Program-made: the position numbers and the translations under genes
Shown here: positions 20,032 through 30,597 of the stretch, in pieces
How positions within the stretch are numbered: the stretch's first letter is position 1
How the letters are laid out: each line of letters starts with the position of its first letter
The notes under the pieces: model-generated
The model's database searches: none
What the model was told of the DNA's origin: nothing
The model's input: only the letters and a program-made list of their open reading frames with translations
DNA from: Bacteroidetes bacterium B1(2017)
Lineage (GTDB): Bacteria; Bacteroidota; Bacteroidia; UKL13-3
Direction: 5' to 3'
Length of the DNA stretch: 64,000 bases
Assembly: GCA_002256395.1 (NCBI GenBank)
Contig: NKJG01000002.1
Location: 209,098 to 273,097 of the forward strand

Positions 20032-20152
20032 TTGCTGGGGTGAAAGGTTGGGTTAAACAAACATAAGTATTGAATTGGTAAATTTTGGTGTCTTAGCAAT
20101 AAAATATTCTTAATTTATGTTGAACTCCTTGCGAATTACTTATTTTTGATAC

Positions 20153-22537
20153 ATGCGTTTGAAATGCCTTTTTTTCTTTCTTCTGACCCTATTTATCTTT
20201 TTTGCTTCCTTCCAGGTTTCTGCTCAACAGCTAACTATAAGTGGATATGTAAAAGATAGTGCCACAGGTGAAACCCTTATTGGTGCAAGTATTAGAAATG
20301 TTGAAGGCACGTTTGGAACAGTTACAAATGTGTATGGGTTTTTCTCTATAAGGGTTCCTTCAACTACAACACAATTAAATTGCTCTTACATAGGATACAA
20401 GCCAAAAACAGTTTCAATAAAGAATTTAAAGGGCTCGGCCATTGAGATTGAACTGGCTCCAAAAAATATTCTAGAAAAAGAAGTCCTCATAAGCGGTGAA
20501 CGAATGGATAAAAATATTCGGAATACAGAAATGAGTAGGATTGAATTAAGTGGAGAAAAAATAAAATCGATGCCGGTTATTTTTGGTGAACCGGATGTTT
20601 TAAAGGCTATAACCTTATTGCCAGGAATTAAAAGCGGGGGAGAAGCCAGCACAGGCTTTTATGTAAGGGGAGGTGGACCCGATCAAAATTTAATATTAAT
20701 GGATGAAGCGGTGGTTTATAACCCTTCTCATTTGTTTGGTTTCCTTTCTGTATTTAATTCCGATGCCGTTAAAAATATTGATATCATTAAAGGTGGTATG
20801 CCTGCAAATTATGGAGGTCGACTTTCTTCCATCCTAAATGTAAATATGCGTGAAGGAAATAATCAAGAGTTTAAATATAGCGGAGGCATTGGTTTAATTG
20901 CAACAAGATTAACTGCGGAAGGGCCAATAAAGAAAGGCAAAAGCAGCTTTTTAATTTCTGGTCGAAGAACCTATGTAGATGCTTTGGCTAAACCTTTTCT
21001 TCCTGCCACTATCAAAGGCAATAGCTATTATTTTTACGATTTGAACCTTAAAATGAATTTCATTCTAAGTCCTAAAGATCGCATTTTTATTTCTGGATAT
21101 TTTGGTAGAGATATCCTCGATTATAAAAGTGAACGAAATAGCAGTGTTCAATTTAATTTTGGTTGGGGCAATAGCACCGCAACTGCTAGATGGAATCATG
21201 TTTTCAACCCAAAATTATTTTCTAATACCAGCATTATTTTTAATAGGTACGAACTCTTTAACGATTTTGAATTTGGTGCTGGTGGATTTAAAGTTAGAAG
21301 TAACCTCCTCGATTGGAACCTTAAATCTGATTTTACCTGGTTTGCTCAAGAAAATCATCAAGTGAAATTTGGTGTTAATTATACCTTTCATACCTTCCAA
21401 CCAGGCATCCTTACAGGTAATATTGGTTCGGCACAAATTGAGCAAATTATTACTAAACAATATGCTCATGAGTTTGCGGCTTATTTGTTAGACGAATGGA
21501 AAATAAATCATCGGTTAACAATTAATTATGGATTACGAGCAGTAGCGTTTAATTTAATTGGCCCCTATACCCAAGCCGAATATGATAACGATACCCAATT
21601 GCCAACCGGAAAAAGTATTAACTATGGAAAAGGCCAATCCATTGCTTTTTACCCTAGGCTCGAACCAAGATTTAGCGGAACTTATTTGCTGACCGAAACT
21701 TCAAGTTTAAAGGCATCTTATACTCAAACCTATCAATTTTTACACCTTGCTACAACCTCTGGAGCCCAGTTCCCTGTTGATTTGTGGGTTCCGAGCAGCA
21801 GATTGGTTCAGCCCCAAATGGCAAGACAATTTGCCTTAGGATACTTCCGTAACTTTAAAGATAATGTTTACGAAACCTCAGCCGAAGTATACTATAAGCC
21901 AATGCGAAACCAAATAGAATTTAAGCCAGGTGCTTCTTTATTCTTTAACCAAAATCTAGAAAACGAAATGGTATTTGGTAAAGGTGAAAGCTATGGATTA
22001 GAACTTTTTGTTAGAAAAAAGTCGGGCAAATTAACTGGTTGGATAGGGTACACCCTAAGCAAAACCACCAGGCAATTTGATGCCTTAAATAATGGTAAAC
22101 CGTATTTTTATAGATACGATAGAACTCATGATATTTCGGTTTTATTGAGCTATCAATTTAATAAAAAATGGAGTGGTAATTTTGTGTTTGTATATGGCAC
22201 TGGAAACGCCACCACACTGCCCGATTCGCGCTATGCATATAGGTTTGGGATAGATCCATTAACGGGCGAACCTAAGTTTGTTTTTATTGATAAATATAGT
22301 GGAGTGAATACTTTTAGAATGCCATCTTACCATAGGGCAGATATATCTTTTACCTATCTAAAAAAGCAAACGAAGAAGTATGAAAGTTCATGGAATTTTA
22401 GTCTGTATAATGTCTATAATAGAGCAAATCCATACTTCATTTATTTTCTTCCTGATATCACCACCCAAACAGTAAAAGCGTTTATGGTTTACCTTTTCCC
22501 TATTGTACCATCTGTTCAATGGAACTTTAAATTTTAA
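20153..22537 (+). CDS. TonB-dependent outer-membrane receptor with N-terminal carboxypeptidase-regulatory-like (CarbopepD_reg) domain
   Basis: 794 aa. It has a signal peptide, an ISGYVKDSATGETLIGASI CarbopepD domain, plug-domain motifs, and a C-terminal aromatic barrel ending in F. Confidence 0.8.
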   Translation: MRLKCLFFFLLTLFIFFASFQVSAQQLTISGYVKDSATGETLIGASIRNVEGTFGTVTNVYGFFSIRVPSTTTQLNCSYIGYKPKTVSIKNLKGSAIEIELAPKNILEKEVLISGERMDKNIRNTEMSRIELSGEKIKSMPVIFGEPDVLKAITLLPGIKSGGEASTGFYVRGGGPDQNLILMDEAVVYNPSHLFGFLSVFNSDAVKNIDIIKGGMPANYGGRLSSILNVNMREGNNQEFKYSGGIGLIATRLTAEGPIKKGKSSFLISGRRTYVDALAKPFLPATIKGNSYYFYDLNLKMNFILSPKDRIFISGYFGRDILDYKSERNSSVQFNFGWGNSTATARWNHVFNPKLFSNTSIIFNRYELFNDFEFGAGGFKVRSNLLDWNLKSDFTWFAQENHQVKFGVNYTFHTFQPGILTGNIGSAQIEQIITKQYAHEFAAYLLDEWKINHRLTINYGLRAVAFNLIGPYTQAEYDNDTQLPTGKSINYGKGQSIAFYPRLEPRFSGTYLLTETSSLKASYTQTYQFLHLATTSGAQFPVDLWVPSSRLVQPQMARQFALGYFRNFKDNVYETSAEVYYKPMRNQIEFKPGASLFFNQNLENEMVFGKGESYGLELFVRKKSGKLTGWIGYTLSKTTRQFDALNNGKPYFYRYDRTHDISVLLSYQFNKKWSGNFVFVYGTGNATTLPDSRYAYRFGIDPLTGEPKFVFIDKYSGVNTFRMPSYHRADISFTYLKKQTKKYESSWNFSLYNVYNRANPYFIYFLPDITTQTVKAFMVYLFPIVPSVQWNFKF

Positions 22538-22548
22538 TCCAAAAAACA

Positions 22549-23397
22549 ATGAAACTAAACCAATATACATTCAAGTTTTTCTTAGGTATATCAATACTCT
22601 TTGCTTCATGCGAAAAGGAAATTCAAATAAATGTTCCTCCCTCAAAAGAAGAGCTCGTTGTTGAAGCTTCCATTAACCAACTTACCCCAACTCTTAATTA
22701 TGTTATCCTTTCAAAAACCCTCGATTATTTCAATCCAAGTTTAAGTTTAGCAGCCGTAAGCGGAGCTCAAGTTTTTATTACTGAAGGGTCAATTAGTGGT
22801 ATGGATACTTTTTATGCGGGAAATAGAACTCAATTTTATGATTTATTAGATACTATTATTCCCGGCATTTATTTAAATCCACTCTTCACAGGTAAGGCTC
22901 AAACACCTTATTTACTTGAGGTGGAGCTTGCTGATGGAAGAAAAATTTCGGGTAAAACCTTTATTCCAAAACCCGTTGTAATTGATAGTATTCACTATTG
23001 GTTCGAACCAAATAAGAAGGATACAAATGCTTTTTTTTACCTGCAATGGTTTGATGGCCCAGAGCAAAATAATTACCGTGTGGTACTCAAAAAAGGCTTT
23101 ATCCCATTTCTAACTGGATGGGGATATGGCGATAGATTTTACACCTTTGATGATAAACTAATAAATAATCAAGAACGACCATTTCAAATGCTAAATCCAT
23201 ATAAATATGGCGATACCGTGAATGTATATTTAGCTCAAATAGGTAGGCCAGAATTTGTGTTTTGGGATTCGTTTAGAAGTGCCGCAAATAATGGTGGCCC
23301 CTTTGCTACACCTGTTTCTGTTAAATCAAATGTAACAGGGGCTATTGGTTCTTTTACAGGCTATGGCCTAACCCAAGAGCAACTTATTTTGAAGTAA
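22549..23397 (+). CDS. DUF4249-family lipoprotein, partner of the CarbopepD TonB-dependent receptor
   Basis: 282 aa with a lipobox (LFASC). It lies 11 nt after the TonB-dependent receptor, a pairing conserved in Bacteroidota. Confidence 0.5.
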   Translation: MKLNQYTFKFFLGISILFASCEKEIQINVPPSKEELVVEASINQLTPTLNYVILSKTLDYFNPSLSLAAVSGAQVFITEGSISGMDTFYAGNRTQFYDLLDTIIPGIYLNPLFTGKAQTPYLLEVELADGRKISGKTFIPKPVVIDSIHYWFEPNKKDTNAFFYLQWFDGPEQNNYRVVLKKGFIPFLTGWGYGDRFYTFDDKLINNQERPFQMLNPYKYGDTVNVYLAQIGRPEFVFWDSFRSAANNGGPFATPVSVKSNVTGAIGSFTGYGLTQEQLILK

Positions 23398-23859
23398 TTA
23401 TTTTTTTAATTTTAAAAGTATTTCCTCATACTTTTCTATATATCCTTTAAGACTTATTTTAGTAAGTAATTCCTCAAGTAAAACATAAGGTATATCTGAT
23501 GTTTTCTTAAACCTAATACATGATTTGCCCATATCTAGCTTGCTTTTTGAATGTTTAGGGTACTCATTCACAAACCAGTTAAGGATTTCTTCATTGCCGT
23601 AAATTCCCATATGGTAAAAGGCAATAAAGTTCTTTTGCGAAGCTATATTTATAAAGGGTAAAGCCTGATTAGGATTTACATGGTAACCTTTTGGATAAAC
23701 CTTTAAAGGCACAACAAATCCTATCATTCCATAGGTCATTTTCTCCTCAAATTCACCTAAATGTTTCCTGCATAAATTTATTAGTTTGGTCAATGCCTCT
23801 CTTCGATCCTCGGGAGTTTCAACCAAATACTCTTCAATAGTTTTTGCTTGGCTTTGCAT
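23398..23859 (-). CDS. Small cytoplasmic protein, DUF1801/YdhG-like
   Basis: 153 aa. The N-terminal pattern is ..TIEEYL...PEDRREALTKL... Confidence 0.3.
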   Translation of the reverse strand: MQSQAKTIEEYLVETPEDRREALTKLINLCRKHLGEFEEKMTYGMIGFVVPLKVYPKGYHVNPNQALPFINIASQKNFIAFYHMGIYGNEEILNWFVNEYPKHSKSKLDMGKSCIRFKKTSDIPYVLLEELLTKISLKGYIEKYEEILLKLKK

Positions 23860-23936
23860 ATTAAATCACCTTGTTATTGAATATAAAAAAACGCCCTACA
23901 AAATAATCTGTAGGGCGTTCTAAAATATATTACTTG

Positions 23937-25466
23937 TTATTTCACAAAATCTTCAAATTGAACCTTAAATTCTACGCGTCTATTTTTGGCTTTACCTTCT
24001 GCTGTTTTATTTTCAGCTACTGGTTGTGTATCGCCATATCCTTCTGAGGCAATTCTACTTGCATCTACGCCTTTTGAAATTAAATAAGTTCTAACAGCAG
24101 CGGCACGGTCTTTTGATAATTGCATATTCTTATCTGCATTACCTACATTATCGGTATGTCCACCTATAAACAATCTATAACTTGGATTTTCATTCATGGC
24201 TTTTGCAACTCCATCTAAGATAGGATTGGATGTTTTCTTAATGGTTGATTTTCCTGTTTCGAATTGAACTCCTTGTAAAGCCTTTTCAAATAGCTTTTTC
24301 ACATTTTGTTTAATTTCCGGACAACCACCATTACTTGCTACACCTGCTAAGGCTGGACATTTATCAACATTATCAGCTAATCCATCTCCATCGCTATCAG
24401 GGCAACCTTCATTTGCAGCTGTTCCAACTAATCTAGGACATTTGTCTACTGCATCTTCAACACCGTCATTATCGGTATCAGGGCAACCGTTAAACTCTGC
24501 TTTGCCAGCAACGTTTGGACATTTGTCTAATGCATCTTCAATACCGTCATTATCAGAATCAGGGCAGCCATTAAACTTAGCCAAGCCTGCAACAGCTGGA
24601 CATTTATCTTGAGCATCCTCCACACCGTCATTATCGGTATCAGGGCAACCATTAAAAGCTGCAATACCTGCAACACTTGGGCATTTATCAAAATTATCTG
24701 CTATGCCATCTTTATCTGCATCTATAATACATCCATCTTTATCTATCAAAGCTCCTTTAGGAGTTCCAGGGCATTTATCTCTTTTATCACCTACACCATC
24801 TCCATCCTCGTCTTTCATTTTGCCTATTAGATAACTAACACCTACAGAATGATGCCACAATTGGTCATAGGATAAACGAGTATATTGAACTTTTCCTTCA
24901 ACCTTATCGCCACTAGTCCAACCATAATGCGATTGTATGTTTAAATAAAAACGTTCTTCAATTTTAATATTAACCCCCATTCCTAATGGAATAACAAAAT
25001 CGTTCATTCTCTTCTGGCCAAAGTCGTTGCCATCAGGTAAAGCAGAGGATCTTACTCCAACACCCATCAAAAAATAAGGAGTAAACTTAGCGTAATCTTG
25101 AGCCAAAAATTTCCATCTTATGGTCGCATCTGCATAATTAAATTTAGAATAATAGTTGTAATTAATATTCCTGAAATATCCATGTTGTCCAGTAAGTAAA
25201 CCAAGATTCAAATCAAATCGTTTGTCTAAGTATCTTGATGCACTTAATCCTGCATGCCAAATATGCTTATCAACTACACTTATGTTGTTTTTAGAATAGG
25301 CACGGTGTGAAGATAAATCAAACTTTAAAAAACTATTTCCTAAATCTCCACTGTATTCAGAAAATCCAACATTAAGACCTAAAGCCCATTTATAGTCTGG
25401 AGTTTGGGCCCTCATTGGAATAGTAAAACTGGTTAATACCAGCAAGCATAGTAGTATTTTTCTCAT
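23937..25466 (-). CDS. OmpA-family outer-membrane protein with thrombospondin type-3 (Ca-binding) repeats
   Basis: 509 aa. It has a signal peptide and an N-terminal beta-barrel, followed by about 5.5 tandem 27-aa DKCPxVAGxAxFNGCPDxDNDGxED repeats. The C-terminal OmpA_C domain is present (..NRRVEF..). A Rho-independent-like hairpin lies downstream. Confidence 0.8.
   Translation of the reverse strand: MRKILLCLLVLTSFTIPMRAQTPDYKWALGLNVGFSEYSGDLGNSFLKFDLSSHRAYSKNNISVVDKHIWHAGLSASRYLDKRFDLNLGLLTGQHGYFRNINYNYYSKFNYADATIRWKFLAQDYAKFTPYFLMGVGVRSSALPDGNDFGQKRMNDFVIPLGMGVNIKIEERFYLNIQSHYGWTSGDKVEGKVQYTRLSYDQLWHHSVGVSYLIGKMKDEDGDGVGDKRDKCPGTPKGALIDKDGCIIDADKDGIADNFDKCPSVAGIAAFNGCPDTDNDGVEDAQDKCPAVAGLAKFNGCPDSDNDGIEDALDKCPNVAGKAEFNGCPDTDNDGVEDAVDKCPRLVGTAANEGCPDSDGDGLADNVDKCPALAGVASNGGCPEIKQNVKKLFEKALQGVQFETGKSTIKKTSNPILDGVAKAMNENPSYRLFIGGHTDNVGNADKNMQLSKDRAAAVRTYLISKGVDASRIASEGYGDTQPVAENKTAEGKAKNRRVEFKVQFEDFVK
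24335..24794 (-). repeat. Tandem 81-bp coding repeats (TSP3 calcium-binding repeats) inside the OmpA-family gene
   Basis: DNA periodicity of ~81 bp (...ccgtcattatcggtatcagggcaacc... recurs). It corresponds to the DxDxDGxxD repeats in the protein. Confidence 0.7.
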
Positions 25467-25608
25467 ATTCGCATTTTAAACATTGGTGCTAAAATAAATA
25501 AATCAAGGAGAATATTCGTAATAATGCCTTTATTTTTTTTTAGATATTCTGTTGTAGGGGCTTATCTAAGTTTTTATTTATGTTTGAGGTCAATGTAAGG
25601 ACTTAAGT

Positions 25609-26364
25609 ATGATTTCTATTTTTATAATTGGAACTGGGCGTCTAGCGCATAATTTGGTAAATGCCTTTCAAAAATCAACAGTTACTTTGGAAGGTGTATT
25701 TGCTCGAAATGAATCAGAGGCACAAGCATTTTCCAAGAAATTTGAAATTCCACACATTAAAAATTATTCCTCTATCCCCCCAAATTGCGACCTATATTTC
25801 CTCTGTGTTTCTGATCAAGCAATAGGGGAGGTTTCAAACAATTTAAAGGTAACTGGTTGTGTGGTTCATTGTTCTGGTACCAGTTCAATTGAAACACTTT
25901 CTCCTCATGCACATACTGGAGTATTCTGGCCTATTCAATCATTTTCGAAAGATAAATTAGTTAGCTTTAAGGATATTCCAATTTGTATAGAGGCAAACAC
26001 AGATGAAGACAAAAGGTTACTTGAAGTTATTTCTGATTCTATTACCACTAAAACAATTCTTGCCCAAGGCCAACAAAGACAACAATTGCACCTTGCTGCC
26101 GTTTTAGTAAACAATTTTACCAATCACTTATTTACATTGGCACAATCTTTCTTAAATCAAAACCAGTTGTCGTTTGATGTCTTAAAACCTTTAATCAACG
26201 AAACACTCACAAAGGTGAATACCCAAAATCCATCCTTAATTCAAACAGGCCCTGCTGCACGTAAAGATTTTATTACTATTGATAATCACCGTCGTTTATT
26301 ACTTGAAAACCCTAATTTAGCAAACGTGTATGAAGTACTTACAAAAAGTATTTTAAACAGTTAA
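25609..26364 (+). CDS. Rossmann-fold protein, DUF2520-like (ProC/F420-oxidoreductase-like N-domain)
   Basis: 251 aa. The N-terminal IFIIGTGRLAHNL pattern is a dinucleotide-binding motif. Confidence 0.4.
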   Translation: MISIFIIGTGRLAHNLVNAFQKSTVTLEGVFARNESEAQAFSKKFEIPHIKNYSSIPPNCDLYFLCVSDQAIGEVSNNLKVTGCVVHCSGTSSIETLSPHAHTGVFWPIQSFSKDKLVSFKDIPICIEANTDEDKRLLEVISDSITTKTILAQGQQRQQLHLAAVLVNNFTNHLFTLAQSFLNQNQLSFDVLKPLINETLTKVNTQNPSLIQTGPAARKDFITIDNHRRLLLENPNLANVYEVLTKSILNS

Positions 26365-26388
26365 TTTTATTTAAAGCTGAACCAATCC

Positions 26389-27651
26389 ATGAAGAAATTC
26401 ATTCTATTAATATTCCTATCTTTTAGTATTAGCAAAATATCCTTTGCAACACGTTTGCTTATTCCTATGGATGAAGATCAAAAGAATCATTTAAAAGCTT
26501 ACGGTATTTCATACTGGGTTCTTAAAAAAGACCTGGAGGTAAATTGGCTTCTTAATTATAGAGGTGGAAGCTTTATGATTATGTATAACGAACTAATTGA
26601 AAAAGAGTGTAAAATTAGAGGCGTTACCTATGAAACGATTAGTGAAGGCCAAGTTACCGAAATTCTCACTGAAGTAGCCCGTCCTGAGGTTAATATGGAA
26701 CTTGTTAAATTACTGAAAGCTCCTAAAATTGCCGTTTATTCTCCTAAAACCAAACAACCTTGGGATGATGCAGTTACCCTCGTTTTAACCTATGCCGAAA
26801 TTCCATATGAAGTTATTTATGATGATGAAGTGCTCGATGGCAAATTGAGCATGTATGATTGGCTTCATGTCCATCACGAAGACTTTACAGGGCAATACGG
26901 AAAATTCTATTCTAACTTTTCACAAGCAGCTTGGTATCAAGCCGAGGTTAGAGAAAGTGAAGCCATGGCCTCTAAACACGGATTCAATAAAGTTTCAGAA
27001 TTGAAATTGGCAGTGGCTAAAAAAATTAGAGATTATGTTCTTGGAGGAGGCTTTATGTTTGCCATGTGTAGTGCCACCGACACCTACGATATTGCGCTTG
27101 CCGCCGATGGCTTAGATATTTGTGAGCAAGTTTTTGATGGTGATCCTGCCGATTGGAATGCAAATCCTAAATTAGATTTTAGCAAAAGCTTTGCCTTTAA
27201 AGACTATAAACTCTATTTCGATCCACTTACCTATGAACATAGCTACATAGACGCTATGCAAGGAACAAGGCCAGTTTCCGAAGAAAATGATGTGTTTTCA
27301 TTATTTGAATTTAGTGCCAAATGGGATATGGTTCCTGCTATGCTAAATCAAAACCATACCTCAACCGTTAAAGGTTTTTGGGGTCAAACAACCGCCTTTA
27401 GAAAGCCCTATATTAAAAGTGGCGTAATCATACTTGGCGATAATAAATCACTAAATGAAGCTCGCTATATTCATGGCACTTCTGGTAAAGGCACTTGGAC
27501 TTTTTATGGAGGACATGATCCGGAAGATTATCAACACCAAGTGGGCGAACCACCTACAGATTTGACTCTTCATCCCAATTCTCCTGGATATAGACTAATC
27601 TTAAATAATGTACTTTTTCCTTCTGCTCAAAAGAAAAAGCAAAAAACTTAG
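26389..27651 (+). CDS. Hypothetical secreted protein
   Basis: 420 aa with a signal peptide. It has possible class-I glutamine-amidotransferase-like features (KIAVYSP...), weakly supported. Confidence 0.35.
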   Translation: MKKFILLIFLSFSISKISFATRLLIPMDEDQKNHLKAYGISYWVLKKDLEVNWLLNYRGGSFMIMYNELIEKECKIRGVTYETISEGQVTEILTEVARPEVNMELVKLLKAPKIAVYSPKTKQPWDDAVTLVLTYAEIPYEVIYDDEVLDGKLSMYDWLHVHHEDFTGQYGKFYSNFSQAAWYQAEVRESEAMASKHGFNKVSELKLAVAKKIRDYVLGGGFMFAMCSATDTYDIALAADGLDICEQVFDGDPADWNANPKLDFSKSFAFKDYKLYFDPLTYEHSYIDAMQGTRPVSEENDVFSLFEFSAKWDMVPAMLNQNHTSTVKGFWGQTTAFRKPYIKSGVIILGDNKSLNEARYIHGTSGKGTWTFYGGHDPEDYQHQVGEPPTDLTLHPNSPGYRLILNNVLFPSAQKKKQKT

Positions 27652-28012
27652 TTTCTTAGTGGTTGGTTGATTTTGCCATACTAGCCGAGTTAATATAATT
27701 TTAATGGTAAAATGCCTGAGTTTTGGACAATAAGATTTTATTAATAAAAATTTTACAATTCAAATTAATAATACTTCCATTAATAGGTAAAAGCCGTAAG
27801 ATGCCTGATTTTTCTGAGGGTTTGTTGAAAGGAGTTTATTTATTCGTTTTTATCTTATTTGCCGTTTAATAGTTATAAGCCGCCAAATACTCATTCGTGT
27901 ATTGAAATTTAAAAGTAGTTTCTACATTTGTATATGCAATTCAGGAAATATTTCCATTTTAATTAATTGAAATATTTAATTGTTTGATTAAAGACCAAAG
28001 AAACTAATTACC

Positions 28013-28255
28013 ATGAGCACCAACAACCCCAAGGCAAGCGGCCTACTCTTTACCCTAACTTTTATAGGGCTATTTTTTGTATCTCTCATTGTGGTTCTGG
28101 CCGCAGATATTGAAGTGAGTTCCTTTTTCGAGGATCAAGTTAATTCTCAAATTAACACTCAAGTGCAATCAAAAATTGGAAGCGTAGGTGCTAGTGTTTC
28201 CTCGGGCAAAAGTTTAAATAACAGCTTGTTCTACGAATTTGGCAGTCAAAAATAA
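28013..28255 (+). CDS. Small hypothetical membrane protein
   Basis: 80 aa with one TM helix and a Ser/Gly/Gln-rich tail. It is preceded by ~360 bp of AT-rich non-coding DNA. Whether it is a real gene is uncertain. Confidence 0.2.
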   Translation: MSTNNPKASGLLFTLTFIGLFFVSLIVVLAADIEVSSFFEDQVNSQINTQVQSKIGSVGASVSSGKSLNNSLFYEFGSQK

Positions 28256-28306
28256 ATTATAGTAAAATATTTGGAAGGAGTACAGGTAATCTTTTCAAAA
28301 AAAATA

Positions 28307-28334
28307 AAGAGCGCTTTTGGGCGCTCTTTTATTT
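28307..28334. terminator. Bidirectional Rho-independent terminator between the small ORF and trpS
   Basis: Perfect 8-bp stem aagagcgc/gcgctctt with a 6-nt loop. It is flanked by an A-run upstream and a T-run downstream. Confidence 0.6.
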
Positions 28335-29336
28335 TTAAAAGGATTTGAATCCAATTGCTTCCCTGCATTCATCGAGTGTTTTTTGTGCACTAGCACTCGC
28401 TTTTTCCCTACCAAGTTCTACCACTCTTTTAAGTAGGGCAGCATCAGAACTAATTGTTGCAATTTTTTCTCTGATAGGCTGTAAATATATAATCATGTCT
28501 TCTGCCAAATCTTTCTTTAAATCGCCATACCGTATGCTACAGGTGGCATATAAATTTTGATAATGATTTAACTTATCTTCTGTTGAAACTATTTTAATTA
28601 AATCAAATAAGTTTTGAACCGCAGGACTTGGTTGGGTATTTGGTTCAGTAGGACCTGCATCTGTAACGGCTTTAGACATTTTTTTGCGAATAGTTTCTGG
28701 GGAGTCAATTAGGTTAATCACATTGCCATCGCCATCACTTTTACTCATTTTTCCACCACCTAATAATCCTGGTATTTTAACTAACTCCTTACCATAATTA
28801 AAGGCATATGGCTCAGGAAAAATGGAGTTGTTGTAAATCCTATTAAACCTATTTCCAAATGTTCTTGCCATTTCTAAGTGTTGCTCTTGATCTTTACCAA
28901 CAGGGACTTTAGTGGCCTTATGTATGATAATATCTGCAGCCATAAGTACTGGGTAGGTTAACAAACCAGCATTTACATTATCAGGCTGTGTTCTTACTTT
29001 TTCTTTAAATGAAGCAACACGTTCCAATTCGCCTTTATAAGCATGCATATTCAACATCATATAAAGTTCTGGAATTTGTGGCAAATCGCTTTGTATATAT
29101 AATGTACAAACTTCTGGGTCTAATCCACATGCCAAATACTCAACCAAAACCTGTCTAACATTTGCATGTAAATCTGCCGGATTTGGATGAGTTGTTAAAC
29201 TATGGTAATCGGCAATAAAAAAAAAGCAATTGTGCTCATGCTGCATTTTTAAAAAATTAGTAACAGCACCCAAGTAATTCCCTAAATGCAAATTTCCTGT
29301 TGGTCTAATTCCGCTTACAATTATTTCTTTATTCAT
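28335..29336 (-). CDS. trpS: Tryptophan--tRNA ligase
   Basis: 333 aa with the class I HIGH-like (TGNLHLGNYLGA) and KMSKS motifs. Confidence 0.9.
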   Translation of the reverse strand: MNKEIIVSGIRPTGNLHLGNYLGAVTNFLKMQHEHNCFFFIADYHSLTTHPNPADLHANVRQVLVEYLACGLDPEVCTLYIQSDLPQIPELYMMLNMHAYKGELERVASFKEKVRTQPDNVNAGLLTYPVLMAADIIIHKATKVPVGKDQEQHLEMARTFGNRFNRIYNNSIFPEPYAFNYGKELVKIPGLLGGGKMSKSDGDGNVINLIDSPETIRKKMSKAVTDAGPTEPNTQPSPAVQNLFDLIKIVSTEDKLNHYQNLYATCSIRYGDLKKDLAEDMIIYLQPIREKIATISSDAALLKRVVELGREKASASAQKTLDECREAIGFKSF

Positions 29337-29448
29337 TTGCTCGCAAAATAAAGAAATTTATTTAGCTATTTCCCATCAAATTTGCTTAATATTTACAGTA
29401 ATATTTTTAGTTTCTAAATAAACTAAAACATCTTTTTTGAAACCATAA

Positions 29449-30597
29449 TTAGTTCTCAGAAATAGTTTTCAAAATAGAATTCCAAAGATTATTGGATGTT
29501 AAATCCCAAGAAAATTTCTGCCGTTGTTGTCTTCCATTTTCTATTAATTCTCCTACTAATTTAGGTGAATCATATAGTTGTTTCATGCCTGTCGCAATGC
29601 TCGAAACATCAAATGGATCAACATATAGAGCGGCGTTTTCTGCAATTTCTGGCATGCAGCTAGTATTACTGCACAATACCGGAATATCACATTGCATGGC
29701 CTCAATTAATGGTATTCCAAACCCTTCAAAATAGGAAACAAAGGCCAAGGCAAATGCTGAACCCATTACAAGCTCCAAATTTTCTTGAGCCAGTCTTCCT
29801 ACAATGTGTATTTCAGAAAAATAGGGACTGTTTTTTAAGGCATCATCTAATTCTTTTTCGCCCCAAAAACTACTACCAACTAATACCAATTGAAAATCGG
29901 ATTGACTCTCTTTCTTAAATTTTGTAAAGGCCTGAACCAAACGTATCAAATTTTTTCTCGGGCTTAAGGATCCAACAAAAATAAAATATGGCTTTGAATT
30001 AGCGTATTGATCCCTTACCAGTTGTTTCGTTTCTTCCAACAATGGCTTATAACCCTCATTAATTCCATTAAAAACCACATCAATTTTGTTGGGATTAACT
30101 TGGTAACTTTTACAAATATCTTGTTTACTGAACTCTGAAACAGTTGCAACTCGTTTGGCTTCTTGAATAAATTTGGGTACAAAATAGCTATAATATTTAC
30201 TGTAAAAATATCCTAAGTCTTTTGGGTAATGTAAAAAGTTAATATCGTGTACAACCGCTAACTGCTTGGTTTTTGAACCTAAAGCAACTAATCCATCTGG
30301 CGCCAAAAATACATCCGGCTTTATTTTTTTTAGAATGTTCCTTACCGACCATTGATAATAGATAACATATAGAAAAGGGTGTCTCGCTGGTGGAAATAAC
30401 ACAATTCCCTTCACATTTTTGCTGAAAATAAACTCCTTAGAAAAAGGCCTGTCAAACAAGAAAATAAACTCATGCTCTGGATTGTTTTGAGTTATTCGCT
30501 TGAGTGTTTGAAAAGTAAACCAACCTATTCCATCCAACTTGTTTGGCATTAAAGCACGTGTGTTTACTACAATTTTCATGCTGACAATATTATTCAT
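29449..30597 (-). CDS. Glycosyltransferase family 4 (GT-B, group 1)
   Basis: 382 aa. The C-terminal GT1/GT4 motifs are present (..EGFGIPLIEAM..). Confidence 0.7.
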   Translation of the reverse strand: MNNIVSMKIVVNTRALMPNKLDGIGWFTFQTLKRITQNNPEHEFIFLFDRPFSKEFIFSKNVKGIVLFPPARHPFLYVIYYQWSVRNILKKIKPDVFLAPDGLVALGSKTKQLAVVHDINFLHYPKDLGYFYSKYYSYFVPKFIQEAKRVATVSEFSKQDICKSYQVNPNKIDVVFNGINEGYKPLLEETKQLVRDQYANSKPYFIFVGSLSPRKNLIRLVQAFTKFKKESQSDFQLVLVGSSFWGEKELDDALKNSPYFSEIHIVGRLAQENLELVMGSAFALAFVSYFEGFGIPLIEAMQCDIPVLCSNTSCMPEIAENAALYVDPFDVSSIATGMKQLYDSPKLVGELIENGRQQRQKFSWDLTSNNLWNSILKTISEN

